64,000 nt of DNA from a virus. Lineage: Duplodnaviria > Heunggongvirae > Uroviricota > Caudoviricetes > Crassvirales. The DNA is taken from IMG/VR virus record IMGVR_UViG_3300032053_000036, positions 1 through 64,000 of that record. One strand, given 5' to 3'. The notes below the pieces were generated by a model. That model saw only the letters and a program-made list of their open reading frames with translations, did not search any database and was not told where the DNA came from. Positions 62,688 to 64,000 of the stretch are shown here, piece after piece (within the stretch, counting starts at the first letter, position 1; each line of letters starts with the position of its first letter). The translations under genes were made by a program, and so were the position numbers.

Positions 62688-64000
62688 ATGGGATGTCCAA
62701 ATAAAAATTTAGAATCTTGGAAAACTCTTGTGGAGGCACAGGGTGAGAAGATGGCCTACTATCTATGGGATAAGTATGAAGGAAATGTTCCTGAGAGATT
62801 CAATAAGTCTATCAATCAAACACTTATAGATGGCTTTCTAAAGGACTTCAATATTACCACTGAGGAATTTGATAACTTAAAAGATATACTTGGGTTTGAT
62901 GCAAAAACAGCATCTGATTTTCTTGAGAAGGTGATTGCATATGAGAAAGGTCAGAAGATATCTGGTGAAGCTGCTTATTTTGCATTCAACCTGCTTGGTA
63001 AACAGAATAGTAAGATACGTTCCAATTTAAGATATTTGATATATCAATGGCCTAAGTTTAAAGAAAGGTTTACGTTTCATACTAATGAACTAAAGAAACA
63101 GAAAGAGTTTTATAAGGATAAAAAGCAATGGAAAAATGTTGTAAGAGATAGAGTGATATATGACTTTCTAAAGGAAAATATAGAATCATACTATTTAAAT
63201 CCTGTAAAGTTTGAAAAAGATCTTAATACAAGATGGGTTTCAAAAGATTTCAGAGAGAACATGAACTTATGGGAAAAATTTATTAAATGGCTTGAAGATA
63301 TTCTATCTAACTTCTCAAATAAACATGAGAGTAAACAAGAACAACTTAATACTCTAGGTCTTGGTATTGCTAGTGAAATCCTTGATAGGAACTATGAATA
63401 CTTCAAATATGATCTTTCAGAAGGTCAGATACAAAAGTATTACGACAGTACAATAGCTTCAGATCCATTTGCAAAGGAGTTAGTTGAGTTTGGTCAAAAA
63501 GATCTTAAACTTATTCTTACAGGAAGTCTTGCTGTAAGAAAAGCTGGTACTGTTTATAGAACTGAAAATGAAAACATTCATGATATAGATTGGGTGGTAC
63601 CTTATGATTTAAGTACTGAAAATGAAGAAAATTTATCAATTGTAGAAAAAATAAAAGCATATCAAAAAGGTAACACTAAAGAAGATCGTGATTATGCAGC
63701 AGGTATGGCCAAACCTCTTGTTGAAAGACTAAGTTGGTATAAAGACTTTATTAAAAAATATCCATCTTTTATAATAACAAGGTGTTTCTATGGAGCAGAG
63801 CATGATTCTTATGAATCACTTACTGTAACTGGAGTTATTGATGTAGAATTTTATGAAAGTGATGGTACTCATGAAAAAGAAGTTTCATACTATGTGAAAG
63901 ATCGTAAAACACAAAAACCTGTAAAAGTAAAAGAAACAAGAACAATTAAACATAAAAAAGGAGACATGATAGAAGATACAGGATATGTAGTTGATTTCTT
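62688..64000 (+). CDS. Partial ORF (runs off the window) with a minimal nucleotidyltransferase-like motif.
   Basis: Open frame from the ATG at 62688 to the window end. LTGSLAVRKAGTVYRTENENIHDIDWVV shows a GS...DxD pattern. Confidence 0.4.
   Translation, partial: MGCPNKNLESWKTLVEAQGEKMAYYLWDKYEGNVPERFNKSINQTLIDGFLKDFNITTEEFDNLKDILGFDAKTASDFLEKVIAYEKGQKISGEAAYFAFNLLGKQNSKIRSNLRYLIYQWPKFKERFTFHTNELKKQKEFYKDKKQWKNVVRDRVIYDFLKENIESYYLNPVKFEKDLNTRWVSKDFRENMNLWEKFIKWLEDILSNFSNKHESKQEQLNTLGLGIASEILDRNYEYFKYDLSEGQIQKYYDSTIASDPFAKELVEFGQKDLKLILTGSLAVRKAGTVYRTENENIHDIDWVVPYDLSTENEENLSIVEKIKAYQKGNTKEDRDYAAGMAKPLVERLSWYKDFIKKYPSFIITRCFYGAEHDSYESLTVTGVIDVEFYESDGTHEKEVSYYVKDRKTQKPVKVKETRTIKHKKGDMIEDTGYVVDF

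Overview
This window reads as about 64 kb of a large tailed phage genome with crAss-like (Crassvirales-type) architecture. GC is about 32-35 %, no Shine-Dalgarno signal is evident, the signal peptides look Bacteroidota-like, and the candidate promoters resemble Bacteroidota sigma-A promoters (TTTG-N19-21-TAnnTTTA; the canonical -7 box is TAnnTTTG). The gene layout supports the crAss-like call, not a database hit.

Positions 1-7930 carry a leftward module of about 20 small accessory genes on the minus strand, with several clean rho-independent terminators. The predicted products include:
- two very acidic, DNA-mimic-like proteins;
- a ParB/sulfiredoxin-fold protein with a DGQH motif;
- a signal-peptide outer-membrane beta-barrel protein;
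- a small lipoprotein and several small membrane proteins;
- zinc-ribbon proteins;
- a GC-rich, moron-like gene bounded by inverted TATTCCCACCC repeats.

A degenerate 30-bp x3 direct-repeat array at the window start may be an origin, pac site or terminus.

From 8152 to the end, everything is on the plus strand and packed with TAATG stop/start overlaps. The order is: small DNA-binding proteins (one HU-like), large terminase, portal, an SPFH/band-7 protein, an acidic scaffold-like protein, major capsid protein, several tail or fibre proteins, a calcineurin-like phosphoesterase, a 2839-aa modular receptor-binding giant, then three large cargo/ejection-type proteins (951, 1303 and 895 aa) and a 4402-aa giant. 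The fibre proteins show HxH motifs, roughly 75-aa tandem repeats, poly-Thr linkers and shuffled Cys-rich modules.

The most interesting object is the 4402-aa protein. It combines:
- an N-terminal Gly-rich hydrophobic AIP-motif region shared with the two upstream cargo proteins;
- a multisubunit-RNAP-like double-psi beta-barrel catalytic loop with a variant DFDID motif, consistent with crAss-type virion-packaged RNAP;
- an internal NADAR (YbiA-like) ADP-ribose/guanine de-ADP-ribosylating hydrolase-like domain, followed by a Pro-rich linker;
- a C-terminal LOG/DprA-like (SLOG) Rossmann domain.

A further partial ORF downstream carries a minimal nucleotidyltransferase-like motif. Together these suggest a polyvalent, injected anti-defence/transcription mega-protein; its NADAR and SLOG modules have, to my knowledge, not been described in this arrangement.

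All functional calls are from motif recognition by eye, with no searches run.
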